Part shown: piece after piece, positions 8,422-18,290 of the stretch | Layout of the letters: each line of letters begins with the position of its first letter | How positions within the stretch are numbered: position 1 is the first letter of the stretch | Program-made: the position numbers and the translations under genes | Notes under the pieces: generated by a model | Seen by the model: the letters and a program-made list of their open reading frames with translations, nothing else | What the model was told of the DNA's origin: nothing | The model's database searches: none | DNA from: Planctomycetota bacterium | GTDB lineage: Bacteria > Planctomycetota > B15-G4 > JADJEK01 | NCBI GenBank assembly: GCA_044225365.1 | Contig: JBGAIQ010000002.1 | Span: 192,001-256,000, forward strand | Length of the DNA: 64,000 nucleotides | Direction of reading: 5' to 3'

Positions 8422-10473
8422 TCACGGGTGCAGGTGGCGATCGAGGAAGTCGAAGAACACGCGTTGCCAGAGCACGCCGTTCTGCGGCTTGTTGATCCAG
8501 TGCCCTTCGTCCGGGAAGAACAGGAACTGTGCATCGCACCCGCGCAGCTTCGCGGCGGTGAAGGCCTGCATCCCCTCGGTGGACGGGACTCGGAAGTCCT
8601 TGTCGCCGTGGATCACGAGCAATGGCGTGTGCCAGTGGTCGATGAACCGGTTCGGTGAGTTCTTGTCGTACTCCGCCTTCAGTTCCTTGCTCTCCCAGTA
8701 CGGGCCGCCGATGTCGTGATCGGGGAACCACAGTTCCTCGGTGCCGCCGTAGAAGCTCTCGAGGTTGAAGAGGCCGGCGTGGGCGATCATGCAGGCGTAG
8801 CGGTCGTCGTCGTTGTGGCCCATCAGCCAGTAGACCGAGTAGCCGCCGAAGCTCGCGCCAACGGCGCCCACTCGCTTCGAGTCGATGTAAGGCTCCGCCG
8901 TGAGCGCATCGGTCGCGGTGAAGTAGTCCGCCATCGCGCCGCCGCCCCAGTCCTTGCTGATCGCGTCGTTCCACGCCTGTCCGAAACCGGGCAAGCCGCG
9001 TCGATTCGGAGCGACGACGACGTATCCCTTCGCGGCCATCAGGTGGAAGTTCCACCGCGCGGAGAAGAACTGGCTCACGGGACTCTGAGGGCCACCTTGG
9101 CAGTAGGTCAGCAGCGGGTACTTCTTCGTCTTGTCGAAGTTCGGCGGGAAGATCACCCAGCAGTGGAGGTCCTTCCCGTCTTTCGCCTTGACCCAGCGCT
9201 CCTCGACCGTCGGAAGATCCAGCTTCTTGTACGCCTCGCCGTTGATGTCCGTGAGGTGCTTCAGTTGGCCGCCGGCGGTGGGCAGCGCGACGATCTCCGG
9301 GGGGCGCAGCCACGAGGTCTGCGTCGCGTAGAGCATCGAATTCGCCTTGTCGACGACGACGCCCTCGATGTTGTGGAAGCCCGCCGTCAGCGCATCGACC
9401 TTGCCCTTGAGGTCGATCTTGAACAACTGCTCGGCGCCGCGCACGACGGAACAGAAGTAGAGGCCTTGCGAATCGGGTTGCCAGCAGGTGTCGCCAACCC
9501 AGTTGTCGAAGTCCTTCGAGAGATCGGTCACCGTGCCCGTCGCACGCTCGAACAGCATGAGGCGGATGCGATCCGACTCGAAGGCGGGAGTGGCCATGCT
9601 GAGGAACGCGATCCACTTGCCGTCGGGCGAGTAGAGCGGAGCTCGGTCGAGTCCGTCCATCCCTTCCGTGATGCACTTCGCGGCGCCGCCGTGGACGGAG
9701 ACGACGTAGAGATCGGCATCGGTCGATCGCGCCTGATTCGGGCCCTTCTTCGCCGTGTAGCAGAGTTCGGAACCGTCCGGTGACCACGCGATCTCCTCGG
9801 CGCCGCCGGTCGGCACGAGCGGAGAATCGAATCGCTCACCCGCCATGAGGTCCATCGCGTCGCCGCCGGCGAGGCTCTGCACGAACAGGTGCGAGTACGT
9901 CCCGTCGCTCCATTCGGTCCAGTGTCGGTACAGGAGATCGTCGTAGAGCTTCGCATCGACCTTGTTGAGGTCGGGGTAGATCTCCTTCAGGCTTTTGTCG
10001 ACGCGGACGGACGACGTGAACGAGAGATGAGACCCGTCGGGCGACCACGCGAAGTTGTCGACGCCGCTCGCGACGTTCGTCAGTTTCGTCGCTTCACCGC
10101 CTCCGATCGGAATCGCATACACCTGCGGGGCGCCGTCGCGGCTCGAGACGAAGCCGATGCGTTTCCCATCCGGCGACCAGCGCGGTCCCGTGTCGGACTT
10201 CGGACTGGTCGTGAGGCGGGTGAGTGGGGGAGGGAGTTCGGGCGTATGCGCTGCGACGAGGTCGAGGAGGTACAGATCCGCGTCGGATCGGTTCTCCGCG
10301 AAGTCGTAGCGGGTCACCTCGAAGCAGAGCTTCGTGCCATCGGGCGAGAGCTGCGGCTTGCCGCAGCGGGCGAGTTTCCAAAGGGCTTCGGGCGTCAGGC
10401 GCTCGCCGGCCAGCGACCTCGACGATTCGAGGCCCACCACGAGCACGAGTGCAACGCCAAGCGCAATTCGCAT
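8422..10473 (-). CDS. S9 family peptidase (dipeptidyl/acylaminoacyl peptidase) with N-terminal PD40 propeller, secreted
   Basis: Signal peptide; WSPDG repeats; GASFGG nucleophile elbow; HGDKDFRV; FPDEGHW. Confidence 0.93.
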   Translation of the reverse strand: MRIALGVALVLVVGLESSRSLAGERLTPEALWKLARCGKPQLSPDGTKLCFEVTRYDFAENRSDADLYLLDLVAAHTPELPPPLTRLTTSPKSDTGPRWSPDGKRIGFVSSRDGAPQVYAIPIGGGEATKLTNVASGVDNFAWSPDGSHLSFTSSVRVDKSLKEIYPDLNKVDAKLYDDLLYRHWTEWSDGTYSHLFVQSLAGGDAMDLMAGERFDSPLVPTGGAEEIAWSPDGSELCYTAKKGPNQARSTDADLYVVSVHGGAAKCITEGMDGLDRAPLYSPDGKWIAFLSMATPAFESDRIRLMLFERATGTVTDLSKDFDNWVGDTCWQPDSQGLYFCSVVRGAEQLFKIDLKGKVDALTAGFHNIEGVVVDKANSMLYATQTSWLRPPEIVALPTAGGQLKHLTDINGEAYKKLDLPTVEERWVKAKDGKDLHCWVIFPPNFDKTKKYPLLTYCQGGPQSPVSQFFSARWNFHLMAAKGYVVVAPNRRGLPGFGQAWNDAISKDWGGGAMADYFTATDALTAEPYIDSKRVGAVGASFGGYSVYWLMGHNDDDRYACMIAHAGLFNLESFYGGTEELWFPDHDIGGPYWESKELKAEYDKNSPNRFIDHWHTPLLVIHGDKDFRVPSTEGMQAFTAAKLRGCDAQFLFFPDEGHWINKPQNGVLWQRVFFDFLDRHLHP

Positions 10474-10507
10474 CGAAGTCCTCCGCAGTCGAACCGAGAG
10501 ATCGAGA

Positions 10508-12049
10508 TCAATCCAATGAACCCGCCGCGCGTTCGACCATCGCGACGAGCGAGCCGTCGTCGATCAGCGCGACGACCTTTTCGAGATCCGGGGCGACCTC
10601 GCGGTCACGCATCATCGGCTTCACGACGCGACGGATCGCGCGATATGCGGCGGCGGCGCCGCGCCCAGGCTCGAGCCACGGCTTGCCCTGAAGGTCGATC
10701 GCCTGCGCCGCGGCGACGAGTTCGATCGCGAGCACGCGCTTCACGTTCGCGGTCACCTCGAGCAGCTTTCGACCGGCCCACGTCGCCATCGACACATGGT
10801 CTTCCTTGCCCGCCGAGGTCGGAATGGAATCCACCGATGCCGGATGGCACAGCGTCTTGTTCTCCGATACCAGCGCGGCCGCGGTCACCTGCGCGATCAT
10901 GAAGCCCGAGTTCAGGCCCGGGTCCTTCGCGAGGAACGCGGAGAGCCCCGACAGATCCGGATTCACGAGATTCTCGATACGACGCTCGGAGATGTTTGCG
11001 AGTTCGGCAACGGCGATCGCCGCGAAATCCGCCGCGAACGCGACGGGCTCGGCGTGGAAGTTGCCGCCGTTCAGGATCGTCGCGGTGTCGGGGAACAGGA
11101 GCGGATTGTCCGTCGCGCTGTTCATCTCGCGCTCGAGGACGAGCGTGACGTGACCGAGCGTGTCGCGTACCGCGCCATGGACCTGCGGCGCACAGCGCAA
11201 CGAGTAGGGGTCCTGGACCTTTCCGCAGTTCGCATGCGAGGGCAGGATCTCGCTCTTCTCGAGCAACTGGTTCACGTTCTTCGAGACCGCCATCTGCCCC
11301 GGATGCGGGCGCACTTGCTGGATGCGCGGATCGAACGCCCGCACGCTGCCGCGCAAGGCTTCGAGCGTGAGGGCGACGGCAATGTCCGCGGTCTTCGCGA
11401 GATTGCGTGCCTCGATCGTGCCCGCGACCGCGAGCGCCGTCGAGATCTGCGTTCCGTTGATGAGCGCGAGCCCTTCCTTCGGTCCGAGGGCCAGCGGCTC
11501 GACCTTCAGTGCCTTCAGCAGGTCCTTCCCGCTCATGCGCTTCGTCTGATACCAGGCTTCGCCGCGACCGAGGAGGAGGAGCGCGAGATGCGCGAGCGGC
11601 GCGAGATCGCCCGACGCGCCGACCGATCCCTTGGCAGGCAGGACGGGGGCGACGCCCTTCCGGAACAGGAAGAGCAGGCGATCGACGACCTCGCGCCGGA
11701 CGCCGCTGTTGCCCCGCGCGAGCGCGTTGGCGCGCAGGAGCAGGGCGAGGCGCGCGACGTTCGGCGGTAGGGGATCGCCCATTCCGCAGGCGTGGGAGAG
11801 GATCAGGTTCTCTTGGAGTTGCTCGAGATCGGCGTCGTCGATGCGGACCTTCGACAACTTGCCGAACCCGGTATTGATGCCGTAGAGGGCTTCGCCGCTC
11901 TTCAGGTGTTTGACGACGAGGGCGCGCGCCGAAGCGATCGCCTTCTTGGCGCGGGGGGTGAGGACAACGGTGATCGCCTGCCCGCGCAGGACCTTTTCCG
12001 CGGAGAACAACGTAATGGAGCGACCATCGAGCGGAAGCGCGCGACGCAA
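10508..12049 (-). CDS. hutH: Histidine ammonia-lyase
   Basis: YGINTGFG, MIO motif GSVGASGDLAPL, KEGLALING, QDPYSLRC, GGNFH, EDHVSM. Confidence 0.96.
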   Translation of the reverse strand: MRRALPLDGRSITLFSAEKVLRGQAITVVLTPRAKKAIASARALVVKHLKSGEALYGINTGFGKLSKVRIDDADLEQLQENLILSHACGMGDPLPPNVARLALLLRANALARGNSGVRREVVDRLLFLFRKGVAPVLPAKGSVGASGDLAPLAHLALLLLGRGEAWYQTKRMSGKDLLKALKVEPLALGPKEGLALINGTQISTALAVAGTIEARNLAKTADIAVALTLEALRGSVRAFDPRIQQVRPHPGQMAVSKNVNQLLEKSEILPSHANCGKVQDPYSLRCAPQVHGAVRDTLGHVTLVLEREMNSATDNPLLFPDTATILNGGNFHAEPVAFAADFAAIAVAELANISERRIENLVNPDLSGLSAFLAKDPGLNSGFMIAQVTAAALVSENKTLCHPASVDSIPTSAGKEDHVSMATWAGRKLLEVTANVKRVLAIELVAAAQAIDLQGKPWLEPGRGAAAAYRAIRRVVKPMMRDREVAPDLEKVVALIDDGSLVAMVERAAGSLD

Positions 12050-12258
12050 GGCAGACCTCGAGGATTGTGCGAACGGAAGGGATACCGGACCGCGGCTCTC
12101 CCGCGACCGCGCCGAAGGGCGAGCATCCTACCGTGGAGCTTCGATCGTGGGGAGTTTTCGTCGAGGAGTGCTTGGGGTCGTGCCTGGAATCGCGGAGCGC
12201 GAGGTCCGTTCTGACGAAGACGGAGGAGGCGCCGCGCACCTACGGGGAACGAACCGAA

Positions 12259-12455
12259 GTTTTCCACGGAGGGCCACGGAGGTCAGAGGAGGCTCACGGA
12301 GGGCAGGAAATAGGAAAGGGGGCCGTCTCGGCGGTCCTGACGAATGCTGGCGCCAAGGAAATCGCGTCGCGTGCGGCGGACAGCCCCTTTGAAAGTTCCG
12401 CTCTTCTCCGACCTCCGTGGTCCTCCTCTGACCTCCGTGGTCCTCCGTGTGAAAT
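12259..12455. repeat. Palindromic MITE/REP-like element, copy 1
   Basis: About 38-bp imperfect terminal inverted repeats (cacggagggccacggaggtcagaggagg... / ...cctcctctgacctccgtggtcctccgtg) and an inner IR aaagggggccgtc / gacagccccttt. Confidence 0.8.
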
Positions 12456-12531
12456 GAACGACTCCGTCCGCACGGACGGCCGGGCCGCGTGCGTCTGCAT
12501 TCCCGCGTGTACTGTCCGGGACTGATCCGGA

Positions 12532-12728
12532 GTTTGCCACGGAGGTTCACGGAGGAAAGAGGAGGCCCACGGAGGGCAGGAAGTAGGAAAGGGGGCCGTC
12601 TCGGCGGTCCTGACGAATGCTGGCGCCAAGGAAATCGCGTCGCGTGCGGCGGACAGCCCCTTTGAAACTTCCGATCTTCTCCGACCTCCGTGGTCCTCCT
12701 CTAACCTCCGTGGCTCTCTGCGGCAAAC
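12532..12728. repeat. Palindromic MITE/REP-like element, copy 2
   Basis: Core of about 150 bp nearly identical to copy 1, about 273 bp downstream. Closing stem gtttgcc...ggcaaac. Confidence 0.8.
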
Positions 12729-12781
12729 CACCGCTGTGTCTCACCGTGACTTGGCGATCCCGAAAATCGCGGAGCGCTCCG

Positions 12782-14467
12782 TCAGCGCTGGTCGATCCGA
12801 ACGGCGTGGACCGAGGTGAGGAGGCCGCCCGTGGTCATGGCGTTCAGCGGGTGGAAGTCGAACTGCGTCACGAGGCGCGCGATTGCGGGGCCGGAGCTCA
12901 CGCCGTTCGACGCCGCGAGGAAGATCACGCGCTTTCCTGCCAGGACGAGATCGCGAACGGCCGCGAACTCGGCTTCGTCGATCGCGCCCTTGCGGGCGAG
13001 GGCGCGAACTTCTGCGCGACGGCCGTCGCGGCCGTGCAGGTCGTGATCGAGGACGCGGGCATAGTGATAGGGGGCAACCGTGTCGAGGTCGGAGAGGACG
13101 ATCGGGGTTCCATCGGTCGTCGCGCGACGCGCGAGCGAGGGATCGAAGTCGACGAGCACGAGGTCGGCGTGTTCGAGCTGCGGCCGCAGATTCGCGAGGT
13201 CTTCGAGCAACGGTCGCGTCTCGCTGTGGAGCGAGATTCCGGCGTGCGAGCCGCGCATCGCGAAGAAGGTCGCGACGCAGAACAGCGCGACGAAGATCGT
13301 CGCTGGTGCGCGCGCATCATCCTTGGATCGGAGCAGACGCGCACATCCCGCCGTGACCAGGCCCACTCCTGAAGCCGCGAGCGCGGCGACGAGGGGCACG
13401 AGGGGTTCGAGGAAACGCGTGTCCTGCCAGGCGTAGACGAGGTAGAAGCCGACGATCGCAGGCATCGTGAGGACACTCGCGGCGACGAGCGTCGCGGCGA
13501 CCGGGCAACGCCTGCAGATCGCAAGGGCGCGAACGAGGCCGATCAGCGCGAGGATCGCCACCGGCCACGCGTACAGCACACCGCTCAGGCCGCCGAGAGC
13601 CGCGCCGTACGCCGCGAGATTGCCGGTCGGGAAGAGGCCCGCGAGCGGTTTCACGAGGTAGGCGAGTGCGAACGTCCTTCCGCTCGCGTAGAGCTCGGGG
13701 ACCCAGAAGCGGTAGCCGTCGTGCAGGGGATTGCCGAACAGCGATGCGTTGCGCGCGCCGAGCACGACGAGCGCGAGCACGGCAGGCGCGATCGCGATCG
13801 CGGCGAGCTTCGCGCTTCGCCGGCCCTGATCGTCGCGTCGCAGCGCGAGCAACACGAGGGGCAGCGCGAACGCGAGGTTCGTATAGCGAACGAGGTTGGC
13901 GATCCCGACGAAGACCGCTCCGAGGACGAACAACCCGCGCCGCGGCCGCGCTGTTCGCCAGCGCAGCAGCGTCGCGGCGAGCAATACGATCACGAGGCAG
14001 AGCTGCGAAGTCGTCTCGCTCATCGCGAGGAACGACGACTGCACGCTTGCCGGCGAGGTCGCGACGATCATGCCCGCGATGAAACCGCCGAGCGTTCCCG
14101 CAACGAGTCGTCCGAGCAAGGCTGTCAGCAGAACGGCGAGGATCCCATTCACCGTGGCGGCGAGCCACGCGTGCTCGATGCCGAAGATCGCAACGTACGG
14201 CGCGACGATCGCGGAGAATCCGGGCGGGTAGCGCGAGGGATAGCTCACCCCTGCGATGTCGATCCGGAACTCGCCGTGCTGGACGAACGACTCCGCGGCG
14301 AGCGCGTATTCGAGCGCGTCGGGCCGCGGCTCGAGGTCGGGGCCCTCGTGCGCGCCGCCGAAGTACATCTGCCGTGCGAGCAGCGTGAGAAGGAGGAGTG
14401 CGCCGAGGACGTAGTCGAGCGCGCGGCCGCGATCTCGCTTCGCCTGCGAGAACTCCGCCTCCGTCAT
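12782..14467 (-). CDS. GT-C fold membrane glycosyltransferase (ArnT/PMT-like)
   Basis: True start MTEAEF at 14467 (ATGA overlap with the upstream stop). PDALEY, SRYPPGFS, MSET, RYTN, DTRFLEP motifs; many TM helices. Confidence 0.8.
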   Translation of the reverse strand: MTEAEFSQAKRDRGRALDYVLGALLLLTLLARQMYFGGAHEGPDLEPRPDALEYALAAESFVQHGEFRIDIAGVSYPSRYPPGFSAIVAPYVAIFGIEHAWLAATVNGILAVLLTALLGRLVAGTLGGFIAGMIVATSPASVQSSFLAMSETTSQLCLVIVLLAATLLRWRTARPRRGLFVLGAVFVGIANLVRYTNLAFALPLVLLALRRDDQGRRSAKLAAIAIAPAVLALVVLGARNASLFGNPLHDGYRFWVPELYASGRTFALAYLVKPLAGLFPTGNLAAYGAALGGLSGVLYAWPVAILALIGLVRALAICRRCPVAATLVAASVLTMPAIVGFYLVYAWQDTRFLEPLVPLVAALAASGVGLVTAGCARLLRSKDDARAPATIFVALFCVATFFAMRGSHAGISLHSETRPLLEDLANLRPQLEHADLVLVDFDPSLARRATTDGTPIVLSDLDTVAPYHYARVLDHDLHGRDGRRAEVRALARKGAIDEAEFAAVRDLVLAGKRVIFLAASNGVSSGPAIARLVTQFDFHPLNAMTTGGLLTSVHAVRIDQR

Positions 14468-15678
14468 TTCTTCTTCTTCTCGTTCCGCAGATCGCCGTAG
14501 ACGTAGTTGCTGAAGTCCTCGTCGAGCGCGGCCCAGTCGTCGTCGTTGTCGATGACGAGGAGTTTCGCGAACTTCTCCGGCCCGCCTTCGCCCGTCATCT
14601 CGGCCTTCAGGAAGGAGCGGAACTGCCCCTGATAGTGGCCGTTGTCGAACTGGTTCAGGAACTTCACGAGCGCCCAGCCTTCGGCGTAGACGGCGCCGAA
14701 GGTCTGCGCCGCGGCGGGATTCACGTACGCCGCTTGCTGCAATCCGAAGAACTCGGGCGCGCCCATCTGCACCATGCGTTTCAACGACAGGCGCACTTCG
14801 GGATTCTGCATCACGTCCTGCAGTTGGCGATAGCGTCCGTCGACGAATTGCCCGAGGGTGAAGTTGCGCACGAATCGCTTCGCCGTTTCCGAGTACTTGC
14901 GGTCGACCTTGTAGCCATTTGCGTACTCCGCCATGCCCTCCATGAGCCACGGCGACATCGAGAACAGCGCCTGCTGGTGCGTCGCGGCCGCCCAGTCCTC
15001 GAGTTGATGGCAACCTTCATGGAACAGCACGTTCAGGATCTGCATGTCCTGTCCGCCGCGCCACTGATGCAGCCGCCGATTGCCGGGGCTGTAGAACCCC
15101 GCCATGATCGCGGGGTCGGGCAGGCCGAGTCCGGGCTTCTTCTTGCGCACCGCGTTGAAGCTGTCGACCGAGTCGAACACGAGGACGACGAGCGGGTGCT
15201 CCACGTCGGTGATCCCGAGCAGCGAGCCGTACTCCGCCATGAAGAACTTGTAGAGCGCGCCGAGCGTCTCCGCGTACTCGAGCTTCACGACCTCGGGATC
15301 GAGGCTCGGCTTCTTCTCCGACGCGAGGAGGTAGGGGCGGGGAACGATTCCGTCGTCGTAGAAGTACTCGAAGAAGCCCGCGTCGTACTCGTGATCGAGC
15401 TTCTCGGTCTCGATGCGCACCCGATCCTTGAACGTGACGAGAGGTTCGTCCGCGGCCTTCGCGCCGGTGTCGTCGTCCTTCGGCTTCGTGTCCGCCGGCG
15501 GCGTCTTGGGAGTCGTCGCTTTCGGGTCCGACTTGGAGGCAGGGGCGGGCGCCGGAACCGGTTTCTTGTCGTCGGCGAAGCCGAAGAGACAGAGTCCGGC
15601 GACAGCGCTCGTCGCGAGCAGGGCAATCCGGTTCGTGCGACCCATCCGGTCCTTCCGGTTCATGCGGTCCATGTTCAC
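14464..15678 (-). CDS. DUF1570-like secreted zinc metallopeptidase (clan MA), paralog A
   Basis: Signal peptide; AGFY, LFHEGCHQL (HExxH), PWLMEGMAEY, VYAEGWALVKFL. Confidence 0.8.
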   Translation of the reverse strand: MNMDRMNRKDRMGRTNRIALLATSAVAGLCLFGFADDKKPVPAPAPASKSDPKATTPKTPPADTKPKDDDTGAKAADEPLVTFKDRVRIETEKLDHEYDAGFFEYFYDDGIVPRPYLLASEKKPSLDPEVVKLEYAETLGALYKFFMAEYGSLLGITDVEHPLVVLVFDSVDSFNAVRKKKPGLGLPDPAIMAGFYSPGNRRLHQWRGGQDMQILNVLFHEGCHQLEDWAAATHQQALFSMSPWLMEGMAEYANGYKVDRKYSETAKRFVRNFTLGQFVDGRYRQLQDVMQNPEVRLSLKRMVQMGAPEFFGLQQAAYVNPAAAQTFGAVYAEGWALVKFLNQFDNGHYQGQFRSFLKAEMTGEGGPEKFAKLLVIDNDDDWAALDEDFSNYVYGDLRNEKKKK

Positions 15679-15727
15679 TCCCTCGTGCGGTTTCCGTGAG
15701 ACACAGAATCGGCGGCGGCTCGTGAAT

Positions 15728-16855
15728 TCACGATCCCTTCTTCTTCGGCTTCTGGCCGCGCAGGTCTCCGTAGACCCAATCGCGGAATTCCTTCTCGAGG
15801 TCGGCCCAGTCCTCGTCGGTCTCGAGGCTCATGATCTTGGCGAACGAATCGCCGCCGCCCTTGCCCTGGCATTCCGCCTGGAAGAACTGGTTGAAGTAGG
15901 CACGGTATTTTCCGCCGTCGTACTCGTGGAGGAACTTCACGAACGCCCAGCCTTCCGCGTACACCGCACCCGTGATCGACTGATTCTCGGAGCTGCCCGA
16001 CTGGTTGTTCTGGGCTTGCTTGAACTTGAAGAAGTCGAGGTAGCAGAGTTCCTTCAGCGAGAGGACGTTCCGCTCGATGTCCGACTGCAGCGCCGAATAA
16101 CGCCCCTGGATGTACTGACCGAGCTTGAACTCGATCACGAACTTGTTCTTCTCCTTGTCGAACGTCGTCTTCCGGGTGTGGCCGCCCATGTAGTCCGCGA
16201 TGCCTTCGGAGAACCAGGGCGTGGTCTGCAGTGCCGACGGGCCCCATTTCTTCGTGGCGTGATGCACCAACTGGTGCGTGCCCTCGTGGAACATCACTTC
16301 CCAGAGATCCTCCTGCCGCCACTGGTAGAGCATCTCGTTGTCGGGGCGGAAGTATCCCGCCATGAACTCGGGATCGGCGAGTGCGAGATCCTTGCGCTCC
16401 TTGAAGAGCTTCTCGTACGACTCCTTGCTGTCGAACACGATCGCGACGACCGGCTCGGTGATCTCCTTCGCGCCGACGAGCGGACCGTACTCGCGGAAGA
16501 ACTCCTGGTAGAGATACCCGAAGATCTCCGAGTACTCCTTCTCGAGCGTCGTGGTGTCGACGTTCTTGGATCGCTCGGCGGCCACCATGTACGGCCGCGG
16601 CATCACGCCATCGTTCGTGAAGTACCAGAAGAAGTCCTTACCGAACATCTCATCGAGCACCGCCATCTTCTGACGCGCGGTCTCCATGAACGCATCGTCC
16701 TGCGGCGGGGCCGCGGGCTTTCCGACATCGTCACCGCCTGGGGAAGTCGCCTTCGCCGGCGCCTGCGCGGGCACGGTGGACGAGTTCGCGAGACCGAGGA
16801 GGGATGCGGCAAGGACGGCAAAGACGGCAAGGATTCGATCGCGAGACGGGATCAC
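15728..16855 (-). CDS. DUF1570-like secreted zinc metallopeptidase, paralog B
   Basis: Signal peptide; AGYF, MFHEGTHQL, PWFSEGIADY, VYAEGWAFVKFL. Confidence 0.8.
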   Translation of the reverse strand: MIPSRDRILAVFAVLAASLLGLANSSTVPAQAPAKATSPGGDDVGKPAAPPQDDAFMETARQKMAVLDEMFGKDFFWYFTNDGVMPRPYMVAAERSKNVDTTTLEKEYSEIFGYLYQEFFREYGPLVGAKEITEPVVAIVFDSKESYEKLFKERKDLALADPEFMAGYFRPDNEMLYQWRQEDLWEVMFHEGTHQLVHHATKKWGPSALQTTPWFSEGIADYMGGHTRKTTFDKEKNKFVIEFKLGQYIQGRYSALQSDIERNVLSLKELCYLDFFKFKQAQNNQSGSSENQSITGAVYAEGWAFVKFLHEYDGGKYRAYFNQFFQAECQGKGGGDSFAKIMSLETDEDWADLEKEFRDWVYGDLRGQKPKKKGS

Positions 16856-16980
16856 GGCAACTCCGGGATCGGGACCAACGGTTCGACCAACGATTCGATG
16901 AGCGGCTCGGGCAGTATACCGTTTGAGCGCGACCAGCGAATTGGCTCGCCCGCACCGAGATGCACTGAGATCGTTGGCGA

Positions 16981-18204
16981 CTACTTCGGTTCCGATTCGA
17001 CTCGACGTGAATGCGCCATGTCTCGCAGGTCGGAGTACACGTAGCGCATGAACTCGTCGTCGAGATCCTCCCAGTCCGCATCGTTCTCGAGGCGGTAGAT
17101 CCGCGCGAAGGCCGTCGCGTCGCCCTCTCCCGCGAAGGCGAGCTTCGCGAACTGCCGGAACAAACCGAGGTACTTCCCTTCATTCGCTTCCACCAGGAAG
17201 TGCACGAAGGCCCAGCCCTCGGAGTCGACGACGTCGAACCGTCGGTTCGAGATTTCGCCGGAGCCGATGAGCGAGGTGCCGCGGAGACCGTCGTCGCTGA
17301 CTTCGAGGAGCGATCGAATCGAGAACGCCTCTCCGGTCTCGATCGCTGCGGTGAGCATGCGGTACGAATCGCCCACGATGCCGCCGAAGCGGTACTCGGC
17401 GACGAACTCGTCCGCAGCCGGCTTCTTCACCGTTCTCTTGAGGTATCCGCTGAAGTAGCGCGCGATGCCGCGAGTGAACCAGAGCGGAATCGCTTTCGTA
17501 TCGCTCCCGCGTGCATGAACGAGCTGGGTGGACAGTTGTCTCGCCGCCGCGAACAGGAGGTGCGTCGGGAGGTCTTCGCGTCGCCACACGAATACCGAGT
17601 CCACGTTCCGCGCGTAGTAACCGTCCGTCTCGTCGGGCGGCAAGAGCCCGAGCGCTCCGATCTTGTCGCGCGGTAGGGATCGGTAGGCCCGATCGAACGC
17701 TTCCTCGCTGGCGAAGGCGTATACGACCCGAGGCGTGTTCGACGGCAGGACCTCCGGCGCGCTGGCGAAGAGCTCGAAGTAGCCCCGTTGGAATGCGGTG
17801 AGCAGGCCGGCGTATTCGCGTTCGATCACCTCTCGATCCGCTCGTTCGTCCTTCTCGGCTGCGACGAAGTAGGGATTCGGCATCACCCCGTCGTTGGCGA
17901 AGTACCAGAACGACGTCGGCGCGAATTCGCGCGTCACGTAATCGCTCTGGCGCGAGACGTTCTCGGTGAACGAGAGGTCCTTCGACCACGGCAGGTCGAT
18001 CGGTTTCTCGCGTTGCTTCCGGGGTCGATCGGGAAGCGCTGGCGGGGGGGACGTGCTCGACGGAACGATCTTCTCGCTCCCGCGCCCGGATGGACTCGCG
18101 ACCGGACGACCGCCAGATCGATAGCAGGCCGCGAGCGCGAGGCACCCCAAGGTCGTCGCCGACGCCAATGCCCATCCCCGTCCGCGTCGTAAAATCGACC
18201 GCAT
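16981..18204 (-). CDS. DUF1570-like lipoprotein, paralog C, lacking the zinc motif (pseudo-peptidase)
   Basis: Lipobox LAAC. Aligns with A and B (NDGVMPNPYFVAAE, EGWAFVHFL, DWEDLDDEF), but HExxH is replaced by FAAARQL and the EG glutamate by TRG. Confidence 0.78.
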   Translation of the reverse strand: MRSILRRGRGWALASATTLGCLALAACYRSGGRPVASPSGRGSEKIVPSSTSPPPALPDRPRKQREKPIDLPWSKDLSFTENVSRQSDYVTREFAPTSFWYFANDGVMPNPYFVAAEKDERADREVIEREYAGLLTAFQRGYFELFASAPEVLPSNTPRVVYAFASEEAFDRAYRSLPRDKIGALGLLPPDETDGYYARNVDSVFVWRREDLPTHLLFAAARQLSTQLVHARGSDTKAIPLWFTRGIARYFSGYLKRTVKKPAADEFVAEYRFGGIVGDSYRMLTAAIETGEAFSIRSLLEVSDDGLRGTSLIGSGEISNRRFDVVDSEGWAFVHFLVEANEGKYLGLFRQFAKLAFAGEGDATAFARIYRLENDADWEDLDDEFMRYVYSDLRDMAHSRRVESEPK

Positions 18205-18290
18205 GCGACCACCTCTCCAGAGTCGTCGGTTCCGCTTTCGATGGATCGAACTACCGTGCCGCGCGCGAGCGGTAACCCGGGTAGGGTCGC

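Noticed and set aside
12259-12728. CRISPR array or coding interpretation of the doublet repeat (ORFs 12128-12550, 12294-12731)
   Set aside because: The units are about 195 bp, there are only two copies, and the ORFs are translations of palindromic repeats.
14468-15013. Long N-terminal extensions in the ORF track (GT-C here; also HD 19659-20585, sulfatase 39554-41074, DUF1501 30784-31380)
   Set aside because: They overlap neighbouring genes in other frames. Downstream starts match family N-termini and give typical stop/start overlaps.
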